Shown in pieces: positions 37,301-47,104 of a stretch of DNA of 64,000 nucleotides. The translations under genes and the position numbers were made by a program. Numbering within the stretch: the stretch's first letter is position 1; every line of letters starts with the position of its first letter. This stretch comes from an uncultured Acidimicrobiia bacterium (GTDB lineage: Bacteria > Actinomycetota > Acidimicrobiia > Spongiisociales > JAENVV01). The DNA lies in the NCBI GenBank assembly GCA_963835515.1, contig CAWIFX010000043.1, positions 118,261 to 182,260 on the forward strand. Direction: 5' to 3'. The notes beneath the pieces were generated by a model. That model saw nothing but the letters and a program-made list of their open reading frames with translations, was not told the DNA's origin and ran no database searches.

Positions 37301-37916
37301 CGATGCAGTGCTGATGGACGTCGAAATGCCCGAGATGGACGGACTCGAAGCAACCTCCACGATCCGCGGTCAGGAGACGGGTCACATCCCGATCATCGGA
37401 TTGACCGGACGTGCGTCTGAGGAAGACCGGCGGACCTGTCTCGATAGCGGCATGGACAACGTGGTGTCGAAACCGTTCCGACCCGAGGCGCTGTTCACGG
37501 CGGTGGAGCAGGTCTTCAATGGACTCATTGACATTGATTCGATTCCGAAACGCCAGGGACGCCCGGCTGATCTGCTTGACCGATTTGAAGCGCTCGAACG
37601 ACTCGGCGGAATGCCCGATCTGGCCGTCGAGTTGATGCAGGAGTTCCAGAAGGAGTACCCGGTCGATCTCGAGTTGATTCGCGAGGCCTTTGCCGCCCGG
37701 GACTTTCAGCGCGTGTCGCGAGTCGCCCATCGAATGAAGGGCAGTCTTGGGCTGCTTTCGGCAGGCCCTGCCGCCCAGGCAGCCGCACTGCTGGAACGGC
37801 ACGCGGCAGATGGCACTGGGCACGCCGAAACGGCGTGGAAGCTCCTGCAAGAAGAGATGGAAAGCCTCGAGCCGGTAATTGTCAGACTGGCCGAATCGGC
37901 CGGAGCTTGGGCTTAG
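34191..37916 (+). CDS. Hybrid sensor histidine kinase: N-terminal membrane domain, three PAS domains, HisKA/HATPase_c, two receiver domains, C-terminal HPt
   Basis: H-box SHEIRTPMNAILGM, N/G-boxes (NLVGNALKFT, GGTGLGLSIS), REC Asp blocks (LVVDDSATNR…VLMDVEMPEMDG) and HPt (…RVAHRMKGSLGLL…). The true start may be the internal Met at ~34284 because the upstream part lies in repeated sequence. Confidence 0.85.
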   Translation: MADFVRDSALTDRAGAKSSVIRLTEERFVRFMRDVGLGLSPVFLGIALATGEPAFLFLAALAALSGAMAFLQIRIGRVRAAVLMIVVVTLAAAQTFTLDPAVLEALWVAIAALGAIGSSFVSSRRRWSYHTYVGLIWIAQPLFHRHDEKAFFMAVQLCVYLLIALGLRQTLRSLESTEHRYENLFLKTPIATFQEDFSQAARWLESLRADGVEDLKAHLDDNPELVRYAFGLIGVAAVNDATVELLGATSADQLTGTLNPDHYRSETHDSVVAQLLGIWNRQESVATEMAGQTLQGEDIDCVLYWTAPRTRAGFDYSKVVVSLVDVSPLKASEREAKMQLRLAKQERRLQIIASNATDLLFILGSDGKVSWISASVTRLLGYEIPEMIGKAFHEFVHAEDAAAIVGAGVALASGDTSDPVVHRVRHNDGSWHCFEATARNMVDDQFVEGYVISSRDITDRVGAEEALRDSEARFRLMAENSTDMISSHDPSGVYRYVSPASMRLLGRSPEEIVGLTPYDLAHPDDVAGMTAAHQSAFEAGKDIVTVDYRMAHADGSWQWFASNFKMIFEEGNQELVRLHASTRNISERKQAEEALVEAKVAAERATETKSQFLANVSHEIRTPMNAILGMTELALGTEVTAEQREYLVTTRSSADALITLVNDLLDIAKIEAGKLEFEAIPFELRDTLSDTLRTLGVKASEKGIALTQDVAPSVPAVLVGDPGRVRQILFNLVGNALKFTHEGSVRVGVEVVEESDQAVDLHIWVEDTGIGIPPDGLESIFEAFSQAEGSTARRFGGTGLGLSISTQLVKMMQGKLWVESEVGVGSTFHFTAKLALAPLESESESDAVGSATTVLVIADSEEARRGTTEMLRLGGLRSIVANDLAGALDLIFEAGHAHPRPGAVVIDVRAGTAELASRLVKEPTFKDLPIVVLTPTGERGDAAVYRAAGAAGYLSKPLGAGELSDTIAAVSGGTRPDGELVTRHWLRARRPRMNLLVVDDSATNRTMVTRLLEKRGHTVTVAENGRDAVELVLAIKFDAVLMDVEMPEMDGLEATSTIRGQETGHIPIIGLTGRASEEDRRTCLDSGMDNVVSKPFRPEALFTAVEQVFNGLIDIDSIPKRQGRPADLLDRFEALERLGGMPDLAVELMQEFQKEYPVDLELIREAFAARDFQRVSRVAHRMKGSLGLLSAGPAAQAAALLERHAADGTGHAETAWKLLQEEMESLEPVIVRLAESAGAWA

Positions 37917-38383
37917 TCGAGGGAATCTTCAGCCACGGTTTTGAGTCGGGACAAGCCCTTCTCGAAGTCGGGTCCGATCATTTTGTCCATGCTCGTGAAG
38001 AGGCCCATGAGCTTCATGGCGAAAGTCTTCGCTCCGGTCATCGTCCAGGTCACCCGGGTCGAATCACCGTCTGGTTGGAGTGAAAACGTCGTGACGCTGC
38101 TCGACTTGAACGGTTTCAGGAAGTCGAGGGCGACCTGAACCTTGGTTGCCTCGGCCACCTCGGTAATCTCCATCCGTCCTTCGCCAGCCTTGCGGTTACC
38201 CGACCAGTTGTACACGGCGCCTTCACCTGACCCGGCGCCCGAGTAGGTGCGCTTTAGGTTCGGGTCCAGGTCCTCCCACGGAGACCAGCCGGTCCAGTTG
38301 TGGAAGTCGACGATCTCGTTGTAAATGCTCTGAGCGGGTGCTTGCACGGTGGTCGAACGCTCGACCTTAAAGGTGTCTGCCAT
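37913..38383 (-). CDS. SRPBCC (START/Bet v1-like, polyketide cyclase SnoaL-unrelated) family protein
   Basis: 156 aa. …VQAPAQSIYNEIVDFHNWTGWSPWE… is typical of the actinobacterial SRPBCC family. Confidence 0.75.
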   Translation of the reverse strand: MADTFKVERSTTVQAPAQSIYNEIVDFHNWTGWSPWEDLDPNLKRTYSGAGSGEGAVYNWSGNRKAGEGRMEITEVAEATKVQVALDFLKPFKSSSVTTFSLQPDGDSTRVTWTMTGAKTFAMKLMGLFTSMDKMIGPDFEKGLSRLKTVAEDSLD

Positions 38384-38421
38384 CTGGCCAGAATAGCGCC
38401 AGGTCTCGGCTCAGGTATGGG

Positions 38422-39801
38422 CTATGAGACGTCCTCGGGGTCTGCTTGCCTAGCGCTCCCTGTGTCTGCAGGAGCTCCGGGCGGAGGGGGAGGGACGCTG
38501 GTCGGGTCGCTGCCCGCGGCGTGGGCACCACTGTCACGTCGTTTTTGTCGCCGCCAGAAAAGGAATCCAGCGATCAGCACCAGAATCGGAGCAAGGCCGA
38601 TGATGAACCCCACCAGGACGTTGCCAGCCGACCAGGTGATCTGGAGTAGCTCCCAGCCGCTGTCGAGTCCGTCACTGAAGCCGGGCAGTCCGCCCGGGTC
38701 TACAACGTCGATGATGAGCGACGACGTATTCGAAATCGTCCGTCCCGCCACCGGATTGCCGTCCTGATCCACCGCAGTAGCCGTGATGCGGGTCTGGGTG
38801 CGGGTGCGCCGTTCCGGCGTGACTTCTGCGGCAAGGATGATTGACTGACCCGGTTCAAGCGCGTCTTCCAAACTGCCGAACACCACGATCATGTCACTTA
38901 CCGCTACGTCTATCACCGGGTCCTGGAGGGTGAACTGGGTGAGTGGGGTGTCGCCGACATTGAGGATCTCGTAGCAAACGGTGGTGGCCTCGTTGCCTTG
39001 GTCGACGGCCAGTTCCTGGCTCCCCGGGCAAGATGCCCCGCCGTCCTCGTGGCCCGGGTAGGCCGTGACGGTAACGTTGAAGGCGGGCTGGCTCAGCGCT
39101 TCGGTAATCGTGAGGGTGATAGTGGCGAGATCGACCGCGTCGCTCAGAGTCCGTAGTGAACCTCGCAGGGTTTCGAGTTGGGTCTCTCGCTCAAGGAGTT
39201 CGTTCTCCAGTTCGACGACCTGCTCAATATCTGTGGCGGCTTCGAGCAGGGCTTGGAGACGGGCAACAGAGGCGGCGGCCGTGGAGATGCGGCTTTCCAG
39301 ATCGACCACTCGTTCGGTGACATCGTCGGCGTTGACGGATTGCGAGCGGATCTCGCCAACGCTGCCAAGTTCGGCCAGAGCGGCCTGGAACTGGTTCGGC
39401 GGAACCTTGAACACCAGGACTGTGCGGGGGGTCGGCAGTCCGACTGTGTCTTGACCGAACAGGAATCCCCCGAGGCCTTCGATCACGCCTGTCGCCTGAG
39501 ATGAGGCGTCGCCCACATTGTTGACCGCCACGGTCATGGTGGCGGTGAAGATGATGTCGCGTCCCAGGTTCACCGGGACTTGTGCTCCGACGATGCCGCC
39601 GTCGCCGAGGTCGTCGAGTGCGGTGGGCGATTCTGCCGCGGTGCGCTCACCCTCGATCGGTAAGCCATTCGCGTCCACGGCTCCGAAGTCTTCGATCAAG
39701 CCCTGTTCCCCTGAATCGGAGGTATCCCCGCTACAGGCCGCTGCCACCATTCCGAGGACCAACAGTCCGGCCAGTAGTCGGGTGATCAGGTTCGGTTTCA
39801 T
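38422..39801 (-). CDS. DUF4349-like lipoprotein with central coiled coil and C-terminal TM anchor
   Basis: Lipobox LGMVAAAC|S, a coiled-coil segment (…RISTAAASVARLQALLEAATDIEQVVELENELLERETQLETLRG…) and a C-terminal TM followed by a basic stop-transfer (WRRQKRR). Confidence 0.55.
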   Translation of the reverse strand: MKPNLITRLLAGLLVLGMVAAACSGDTSDSGEQGLIEDFGAVDANGLPIEGERTAAESPTALDDLGDGGIVGAQVPVNLGRDIIFTATMTVAVNNVGDASSQATGVIEGLGGFLFGQDTVGLPTPRTVLVFKVPPNQFQAALAELGSVGEIRSQSVNADDVTERVVDLESRISTAAASVARLQALLEAATDIEQVVELENELLERETQLETLRGSLRTLSDAVDLATITLTITEALSQPAFNVTVTAYPGHEDGGASCPGSQELAVDQGNEATTVCYEILNVGDTPLTQFTLQDPVIDVAVSDMIVVFGSLEDALEPGQSIILAAEVTPERRTRTQTRITATAVDQDGNPVAGRTISNTSSLIIDVVDPGGLPGFSDGLDSGWELLQITWSAGNVLVGFIIGLAPILVLIAGFLFWRRQKRRDSGAHAAGSDPTSVPPPPPGAPADTGSARQADPEDVS

Positions 39802-39889
39802 AGGCATCCTCCGCAACATGTACAGCTGGCGGCCTCGTCAGCCGTTGGTTCTCTGACGCAGCCAAGCAGGCGGATGGTTCCGCCGCTGG

Positions 39890-40760
39890 CTAGTAACGCC
39901 TCTTTTTGAACTGCCCGATGATGTCGACCACGGCTTGGCCGACCGTGTCCTGGTTGGTGAGTTCCGGGTGGGCGATACCTGTCAGTGCCCGACCGAGGCC
40001 CCGTCGGATCTGCCCGATCCAGCTCCGGGCCGCGATGACTCCTGCACCCACCTGGACGATGAGCGCACCGAGGCCTGCCGCCAAACCGACCAGCATTCCG
40101 ACGCCGATACCAAGACCGATGAACAGTCCCAATCCGACGACCGCCCCGGACGCGGCTAGACCGAGCCCGGTCCAATAGGCCGGGGCGGTGCTGGCTCGCA
40201 GCGTGATCACGTGCTGGTTGTCGGTGATGGTTTCGACCCGGTGGGCGACTTTGACGCTGCGGAGTGCTCCGGTGCCCTGAGCAATCTTGAGACCCTGGCG
40301 CAATGAGTTCACCGGGCTGGCGCGCTTGGTCCAGACCGTCGTCTGCGGAGTGGTCCTGGTCACTTGAAGCCCTTCGTGACGGGTCATCCAGTCGGCGATG
40401 TTCGTTTCGGCTTCCGGGCGAGTGGCGGTCACGAGGATTTGATCGGAGATCTGTTTGGGTCCGAATACCCGTTCAGCCAAGCCGTCTGGCGGGACATGGT
40501 CGGGCCGGGAAAGTTCTTCTGCGAGAGCTTTCGCCACGATGTCGCGATGCACGCCGAGTTCGTCTGCGACCCGATTGAGCGTCTCGACATCGACCCGGGC
40601 ATCGTCGTAGTCGGAGTCTGTCTGTAGTTCGATCGCGCGCCGCAAAATCCGATCAGCGCGCGCTGGCGACAGTTTCTGCAGGCGGTCAGATACGTCGTCG
40701 CTGGGGTTGGTTCGGCGTTGAGATGGCCGCGGCGGTTGCTGTTGAGAGGACTCCACGATT
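39890..40760 (-). CDS. Hypothetical membrane protein (Gly-zipper TM pair, C-terminal); start uncertain
   Basis: ORF is open 39890..40939 but the upstream part overlaps the next gene. The coding region plausibly begins near 40760. Confidence 0.4.
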
Positions 40761-40796
40761 TCAAGTATCGCGCAGATCGCAGTTTGTGATCGGCGG

Positions 40797-42011
40797 TTAG
40801 AAGAACATTCCCGGATGGGGGCTTGGCAACAGGAAGGCCTCGTCGAGTTGAGCAAGCAGTCCAGCTGGTCCTCGTAGCTGGTCGGTGAGGGCCAGACTCG
40901 AAGCAGGATGCACGCCAAACCACATCCGACTGAACGCATTGATGGAGGCCGTCAGGGTCGGGATGGATCCATCTACGCCAGGCTCGATGAACGAGTCCTT
41001 ACCAACGTTGATCCGGTATTGACCGGATAGTCCGATTCGGTTGCCGTGTTCGTTCAAAGGATCTGACAGGTCGAGGTTGAACGTGATCTCGTCGCCTGGC
41101 CAGGAACGCTGCGCCACCACATGGCCCAGATCGAGGATGCGAAGTTGCCACCACGCCAGGGCTTGATGCCGGGCCTCATGTGGTGACTTGGCTGTCTGGA
41201 TTCGTTGTCGGATCGGATGCCGGAGCAGATCGTGGAGTTGTATCTCGGGTGGTTCGACCATCTTGACGCTGCGGATCTGGTCACCGAATTCGCGAACCAA
41301 CGCCAGGAGTTCAAGGATCTGTTCCGGAGCCTCATACGACATGAGGATTATGGCGAGCGGCCCCGAATATTCCCGCTTGACCGCCCAGATGAAATGGGTG
41401 AGCCGATCTCCCTCGTAGTAGCCCCATCCCGCCCCGTCGGTGTCCGTGGACAACTCGGCTTTGGTGTAGCCAGGTGTATTGATGGTCACGCCTCCGTGCG
41501 ACCGTTTCCTGCGGAGATGGGCGGCGTGGATCTCCTCCCAATCGTCGGCGCCCAAACGGCTCGGAGTTCGATAGGGAGCGTCGACAGTCAAGGAACTCGG
41601 ATCAAAGACCATCTGGTTCATGTACGCCGAGGTGCCGAATCCGAGCCGGTCATAGAAGCCTTGCTCGAACATCCCGAGCGCCGCGACATGGACACCGCGT
41701 TCGAGCGCATTCGCCACGACCGAGGCCGTGGTCCCGGTTGCCAGGCCTTGTTTGCGTCCGACCAGACTTGTGGTGACGGCGGTGACGCAGGCAAGATCCA
41801 GATCGTTGTCGAGGTAGCGGATGGTCCCGTCGTGTACCGCCGCCAGGGCTTCGGCCTCACCGTTGATCAAGCCGACGGCGACGTCGGCTTCCTCGACGTA
41901 CCATTCCATGGCCGCCTGCTCTTCGGGGCTGGTCGCCCAACCGATTTCCTTCCACATCCGCTGGATGTGAGGCAGGTCTGATCCTTGATACGCTCGAATG
42001 GTCACGGGCAA
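40797..42011 (-). CDS. Eis-like GNAT N-acetyltransferase with C-terminal SCP2-like domain
   Basis: ~400-aa tripartite architecture: GNAT (…GLATGTTASVV…), a second GNAT-like lobe, and an SCP2-fold C-terminus ending in aromatic residues. Matches the Eis (enhanced intracellular survival) family. Confidence 0.6.
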   Translation of the reverse strand: MPVTIRAYQGSDLPHIQRMWKEIGWATSPEEQAAMEWYVEEADVAVGLINGEAEALAAVHDGTIRYLDNDLDLACVTAVTTSLVGRKQGLATGTTASVVANALERGVHVAALGMFEQGFYDRLGFGTSAYMNQMVFDPSSLTVDAPYRTPSRLGADDWEEIHAAHLRRKRSHGGVTINTPGYTKAELSTDTDGAGWGYYEGDRLTHFIWAVKREYSGPLAIILMSYEAPEQILELLALVREFGDQIRSVKMVEPPEIQLHDLLRHPIRQRIQTAKSPHEARHQALAWWQLRILDLGHVVAQRSWPGDEITFNLDLSDPLNEHGNRIGLSGQYRINVGKDSFIEPGVDGSIPTLTASINAFSRMWFGVHPASSLALTDQLRGPAGLLAQLDEAFLLPSPHPGMFF

Positions 42012-42024
42012 AACCTAACCAGAT

Positions 42025-43452
42025 CTACTGAGATCTGAGGTGGCTTTTTTGGACCTTGCCCATCGCGTTGCGGGGGATAGCGTCCAGGAACTCGTAGTGG
42101 CGCGGCTGTTTGTAGCGGGCGAGATGGCTGTCAGCATGGCTCCGGAGCTCAGCTTCATCGCAATCACCCACCACGAACGCCACGGGGATCTCACCGAGAT
42201 CGTCGTCAGGCACGCCCACCACAGCAGATTCCACGACGCCAGGGACCTCATTGAGGACTCGCTCGACTTCTTTCGGGTATACGTTGAATCCGCCGGTGAC
42301 GATCAAGTCATGGGATCGCCCGAGCAGGCTGATCCGGCCGTCATGATCGGATCTGGCGAGGTCACCGGTTCGGAAATATCCGTCCGGGGTGAACGACTCA
42401 GCAGTTTGTTCTGGTCGCTGCCAGTACCCACCGAACAGGCTCGGTCCATGAATCTGGAGCGTTCCTACCTCGCCCGCCGACAGGGCCTGATCGTCGCCAT
42501 CAGCGACGCGGACCATGTACCGGGGGAGCGGAAAGCCGACGGTTCCAGCCAGTCGCTCACCGTCGTAGGGGTTGGAGCAGATCATGCCAGCTTCGGTCAT
42601 GCCGTACCGCTCCAGGATGTTGTGGCCGGTGCGAGATTTGAACGCGGCGAATGCTGCTTCGGAAAGCGGTGCGGAACCGGAGATGAACAGGCGCATGTTG
42701 ACGCAGTCCGCGGAACGGAACGCCGGGTCGGCGAGCAACCGGGCGTAGTAGGTCGGCACGCCCATCATCACGGTCGCCGAGGGGAGTTGGCGGCGTACCG
42801 TTTCGGGGTCGAACCGATCCAGGAAGATAACGCGCGACCCTCCGAGGAGCGCGCAGTGCAGCGCTACGAAGAGTCCATGCACGTGGAAGATAGGCAGCGC
42901 GTGGAGCAACACGTCGTCGGGCTGCCATCTCCAGATCTCGAAAAGCGTCCTTGCATTCTCCAACAAGCAGCCGTGGGTGAGCATCGCCCCCTTTGATCGG
43001 CCGGTGGTACCCGAGGTGTACAACAGCGCAGCGATGTCGGTGGCGGCCCGCTCGACGACGGTGTCGAAGCGCTCGTCCTCCTGGAGGAGAGTGCCACTGC
43101 CGTCGGGGCCCAGGGTGAGCGTCGGCGTACCGGAAAGCAGCTGGGTGGCGACGATGACGACCGGGCTGGCGTCGTCTACGAAATAGGAAATCTCTGGCGG
43201 TGTGTAGGACGGATTCAGCGGTACATAAATCGCCCCGATTCTCAGGCAGGCGAGGTACAGGGCGACTGCGTACGCCGACTTCTCCAACACGACCACCACT
43301 CGGTCACCAGCTTCCACCCCCGCCGACCGGAGCGCCCCACCCATGACGCTGGTGAGTTCGAGGATGTCGCCGAAGGTCCAGAGCCGGTCGGAGGTGTCGA
43401 GGAACGGGTCATCGTGAGCGAGATGATCGGTTAGGGCCGAGAACAGGTTCAC
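42025..43452 (-). CDS. AMP-dependent acyl-CoA synthetase/ligase (malonyl-CoA synthetase MatB-like)
   Basis: AMP-binding motifs YTSGTTGRSKGAML, …YGMTEAG… and …GDLARSDHDGRISLLGRSHDLIV…GGFNVYPKEVE…. Confidence 0.8.
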   Translation of the reverse strand: MNLFSALTDHLAHDDPFLDTSDRLWTFGDILELTSVMGGALRSAGVEAGDRVVVVLEKSAYAVALYLACLRIGAIYVPLNPSYTPPEISYFVDDASPVVIVATQLLSGTPTLTLGPDGSGTLLQEDERFDTVVERAATDIAALLYTSGTTGRSKGAMLTHGCLLENARTLFEIWRWQPDDVLLHALPIFHVHGLFVALHCALLGGSRVIFLDRFDPETVRRQLPSATVMMGVPTYYARLLADPAFRSADCVNMRLFISGSAPLSEAAFAAFKSRTGHNILERYGMTEAGMICSNPYDGERLAGTVGFPLPRYMVRVADGDDQALSAGEVGTLQIHGPSLFGGYWQRPEQTAESFTPDGYFRTGDLARSDHDGRISLLGRSHDLIVTGGFNVYPKEVERVLNEVPGVVESAVVGVPDDDLGEIPVAFVVGDCDEAELRSHADSHLARYKQPRHYEFLDAIPRNAMGKVQKSHLRSQ

Positions 43453-43510
43453 AGCAGTGCTTGCTGCCGGTCTGAGCTACTACGGCGCCGACCGAGGATC
43501 AGACAGCGGA

Positions 43511-44239
43511 TCATTCGATCCGGGATTTCGATCCGCCCCAGACGAAGGTCTGGTGTGCGTCACGTGGTGGCCAGTAGTCGTCGTTTTTGTAGGCCCAGTA
43601 TTCGAACGGGTTGTTGAAGTAGGCGAACGTCTCAACGACCGGCCAAATGGGCTCCCGGCGAACCAGGGCTGCGACGATGCCAACCGCTCCGGCTCCGAGA
43701 AGCCAGCCGACGTAGCCGATCTGATACAGCGGTCCGAACCAGCGGTTCTGCCATACGTGCAGGGCTTCGTGACGCTTGATGAACTGTCGACGGCCTGCAG
43801 ATTTCTCGAGGTCGTCGAAGTCGATCGAGCCGGCGGCTCCTGAGATCACATTGCCGACGGTGAAGGCATACCCGCGCTTGAGAGCGATGCCCGCCGCATA
43901 CACCTGATGGTTTTGTCGGTAGGTCAGATCAAATCGATACCCGGCGGCGGGGCGCGGCATGTTGGCGAGGTTCAAAAGTAATCCGGCCGTGGTGCCCAGC
44001 AGGCCCCACGTGCTGTCGAGTGTCAGCGCCAGCGCACCGCGACCTTTCCAGTCATACATCCATCGCCAGCCGGAGATGGCGCCATTGGCTGCCCCGGCGA
44101 TCGCGGCGGGAACGGGTAATCCGATGAGGCTGCCGACGCCCCAGGCCAAACCGCCGCCGACTGCCGCGGTAGCGATCGACTCGGCTAGTCGCCGGGGCCA
44201 GACGGTTTTCGCTTCTGGTTTTGGCAGGTTTAGGGCCAC
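43511..44239 (-). CDS. Hypothetical membrane protein with an HExxH motif (RHEALHVWQ)
   Basis: GTG start 4 nt after an AAGGAG RBS, immediately after the upstream CPBP gene stop. Three or four TM helices. HEALH is a possible zinc site. Confidence 0.5.
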   Translation of the reverse strand: MALNLPKPEAKTVWPRRLAESIATAAVGGGLAWGVGSLIGLPVPAAIAGAANGAISGWRWMYDWKGRGALALTLDSTWGLLGTTAGLLLNLANMPRPAAGYRFDLTYRQNHQVYAAGIALKRGYAFTVGNVISGAAGSIDFDDLEKSAGRRQFIKRHEALHVWQNRWFGPLYQIGYVGWLLGAGAVGIVAALVRREPIWPVVETFAYFNNPFEYWAYKNDDYWPPRDAHQTFVWGGSKSRIE

Positions 44240-45039
44240 AGCACTCCTTGGTGCGTTAGGGCGGCGATATCCATCGTCGCCGCTACCGCGATGTGGAGGG
44301 CGGCACCCCACCACACCGAATTGGTTCGTAGAGATAGCGTACCCAGTGTTACCCCGCCCAGGATGGCGCCAAACGCCTCGGCCAAGGGTTTTGCAAAATG
44401 AATCATGTTGTAGGGGATCACCATGACGAAAATGGCGGCGTAGCCCATGCGCCATTTGAGCCCATGGACCATGAAGCCGCGAAAGAAGAACTCGAGCGCA
44501 ACGAACTGGGCGGCATACATGACCCACCAAATAACCATGTTGGGCCACAAGCCCTCACCGGGGAGTAGGTCGTAGAACGGGTACTTGGCGAGAAATGCCG
44601 GTGAGAATGACGCCCAGATCACTACCGGCAACGAGATGAGAAACAGCAGGACATAAGGCTTCCAGTGGGTGGCGATCCCCCGAAGAGCCACGCCGAATTC
44701 TGCGACCGGTTTTCGGATCAAAAACTTGATGGCGATCACGGGAAGCGCCACGTAGGCGAACAGCTGCACGAGTGTCCAGACGGTCAGCCGGGCGAGCTGG
44801 GCGCTGTCGGGCGACGAAAGCCAGCGGTCCACGGAGGTCGGATTGAGTCCCACTCCTCGGATGAACCCGCTCACCCAGGCCGGATCCTTGGCGAAGAAGT
44901 TGATCACTGTGAGCGCCACGGCCGAGGTGAGCGCCACGATCACCATCATCCGGTTGGCCTCACCGGGTGTCCTGCGGCGGTAGTCGTCAGACGCCGCATC
45001 GGCGGCGACGGCAGTCTGGCGAACGTAGGTGTCGAACAT
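44230..45039 (-). CDS. CPBP-family (CAAX/Abi) intramembrane metalloprotease
   Basis: Motif 1 ALEFFFRGF (E-E-x3-R variant), motif 2 FxxxH, and motif 3 HIAVAATMD in a 7-TM protein. Confidence 0.7.
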   Translation of the reverse strand: MFDTYVRQTAVAADAASDDYRRRTPGEANRMMVIVALTSAVALTVINFFAKDPAWVSGFIRGVGLNPTSVDRWLSSPDSAQLARLTVWTLVQLFAYVALPVIAIKFLIRKPVAEFGVALRGIATHWKPYVLLFLISLPVVIWASFSPAFLAKYPFYDLLPGEGLWPNMVIWWVMYAAQFVALEFFFRGFMVHGLKWRMGYAAIFVMVIPYNMIHFAKPLAEAFGAILGGVTLGTLSLRTNSVWWGAALHIAVAATMDIAALTHQGVLWP

Positions 45040-45100
45040 GACTGAGCACCCTACCGGCGGTCGTCAAACGGAAACCGACAAGGAAACGAATGTTGAAAGT

Positions 45101-46351
45101 TCAGGGCTGAGCATCATTCTTTCGGAGGACCGTAACGATGTCATGGCTCCCGTGCCCCCGTAGGTCGATGCGGGTGGGCTCTGATAGGAGGTAGTCGCTG
45201 TTCAGTTCGGTTGCGGTTTCGATGGATATCCGCACTTCCCCGGCTGCGCCGGTTGACTCGATCCTGCTCGCGACGTTGACGGTGTCCCCCCACAAGTCGT
45301 ACGAGAACTTCCTTTTGCCAATCACACCTGCCACGACCTCGCCCGAATGTATGCCGATGCGGATCGTCCAGGGGAGGTCGTTGACCTGGGCGAATCGGGT
45401 GGTCGCCGCCTGCATCTCAAATGCCAGACCCACGATCACGGCCGCGTGGTCGCTGCGACGCGTGGGGACACCTGCCGCGACCATATAGCCATCTCCGATG
45501 GTCTTGATTTTCTCGACCCCTGCTTGATCGACGAGATCGTCGAACTCGGAGAAGAGTCCGTTGAGCAGATCGACAACCGTGCTGGCATCTGATGCTGCGG
45601 TGAATGCCGTGAAGCCAACGAGGTCGGCGAACAGGACGGTGACGTCTGTGAAACGCTCTGCCACCGCTTCGCCAGAGTTTTTGAGGCGTTCAGCGATCTC
45701 ATCCGGCAAGACGTTGCGCAGGAGTGCATCGGAGCGGTGTTGCTCGGCCTGTAGTGCCGCCTCGGCGAGAAAGACGCTGCGGTACGCCTTGTCAACCAAG
45801 ATCCAGCAGCCGATCGCGAACGCCGCAGCGATTAACAACCACCAGAGCATGTTGTTGACGACTGCTGCGTCAACTCCGGCCGCCTTCATCGCGCCCCAAG
45901 GAATCGATGCGCCGAGGACAACATCGATGACGGCCTGGCGGAGCCGAACCGCCACCACCGGGATCCACACAAACAGTAATAACAACGAGGGGGCGGCGAG
46001 TTCGAAAACTTCCAGGCGATAATAGGTAACCGGCAGTCCGACCGCGATCGAAGCAAATCCCAACACTTCGAGCACTGTGAAGTATTTCACTGCCTTGGTG
46101 TACGTAAGCGCCCAAGCGAGGAGAAAGCCGACGACTATGGCCAGCCTGATTGGCGTTGCCAACGCGGCTTTTTCGGGAGCGACCTGGTAGTCCCAGATGA
46201 TGAAGAGGGGGATGGAAGGTATGGCGATAAGGGCGGCGGCCCGCGCCGTCCGGATGCCGCGTTCCAGGGCACGTTCTTGATAGGCAGCCTCGATTTCACT
46301 GCTGAATGCAAGCGTCGGGAACTTGATCCGACCCTCCAAATTGTGGGTCAT
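45101..46351 (-). CDS. Membrane-anchored class III adenylate/guanylate cyclase
   Basis: Six N-terminal TM helices, then the CHD domain (…VTVLFADLVGFTAF…KTIGDGYMVAAG…IGIHSGEVVAGVIGKRKFSYDLWGDTVNVASR…). Confidence 0.8.
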   Translation of the reverse strand: MTHNLEGRIKFPTLAFSSEIEAAYQERALERGIRTARAAALIAIPSIPLFIIWDYQVAPEKAALATPIRLAIVVGFLLAWALTYTKAVKYFTVLEVLGFASIAVGLPVTYYRLEVFELAAPSLLLLFVWIPVVAVRLRQAVIDVVLGASIPWGAMKAAGVDAAVVNNMLWWLLIAAAFAIGCWILVDKAYRSVFLAEAALQAEQHRSDALLRNVLPDEIAERLKNSGEAVAERFTDVTVLFADLVGFTAFTAASDASTVVDLLNGLFSEFDDLVDQAGVEKIKTIGDGYMVAAGVPTRRSDHAAVIVGLAFEMQAATTRFAQVNDLPWTIRIGIHSGEVVAGVIGKRKFSYDLWGDTVNVASRIESTGAAGEVRISIETATELNSDYLLSEPTRIDLRGHGSHDIVTVLRKNDAQP

Positions 46352-46423
46352 GGAATAGTACCGATGGGCGAACGGTGTCAGGGGGTCGACGGCTCACCTA
46401 GGCTGACCTTCGAGGAGGTAGCG

Positions 46424-47104
46424 ATGGGTGAGATGGTGCAATTCCCCTCAGATGGGTCGACGGCCAGCGGTTATCTAGCCGTGCCGAGAAGTGGTTCTGG
46501 TCCAGGGGTCATCGTGATTCAGGAATGGTGGGGCCTGGTCCCGCACATCAAAGATGTCGCCGACCGATTTGCCTCGGCCGGGTTCGTGGCGCTAGCACCC
46601 GACCTCTATGACGGTCATGCCACCACCGAGCCGGACGAAGCCGGGAAAGCGATGATGAACCTGGAACTCCAACGAGCTGCCAATCACATGACCGGAGCGG
46701 TTGACTTCCTGATCGGCCACAACGCGACGACGAGCGATCGAATCGGAGCCGTCGGGTTCTGCATGGGGGGAGGGTTGGTGTTGTGGTTGTCGACGATCAA
46801 ACCGGAGATCACCGCCTGTGTGCCTTTCTACGGGGCGATTCCGTGGGACTCGATGCAACCGGACTACACCGAAGCCCAGGCCGCGTATATGGGGCATTAC
46901 GCCGAGAACGACGGATGGGCCACCCAGGATGGGGCTCGCAAACTTGAAGAACACTTGATCGATCTTGGCAAGGACGCAGTCTTCTACTTCTACGAGAACA
47001 CGGATCACGCCTTCTTCAATGATGATCGCGCCGAGGTGTACGACGAAGCGGCTTCCCAGTTGGCCTGGGATCGCACCATCGACTTCTTTCGCGATCGCTT
47101 GTAA
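46424..47104 (+). CDS. Dienelactone hydrolase family protein
   Basis: …GVIVIQEWWGL…, nucleophile elbow GFCMGG, and a catalytic His near the C-terminus. GAGGAGG RBS. Confidence 0.8.
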   Translation: MGEMVQFPSDGSTASGYLAVPRSGSGPGVIVIQEWWGLVPHIKDVADRFASAGFVALAPDLYDGHATTEPDEAGKAMMNLELQRAANHMTGAVDFLIGHNATTSDRIGAVGFCMGGGLVLWLSTIKPEITACVPFYGAIPWDSMQPDYTEAQAAYMGHYAENDGWATQDGARKLEEHLIDLGKDAVFYFYENTDHAFFNDDRAEVYDEAASQLAWDRTIDFFRDRL

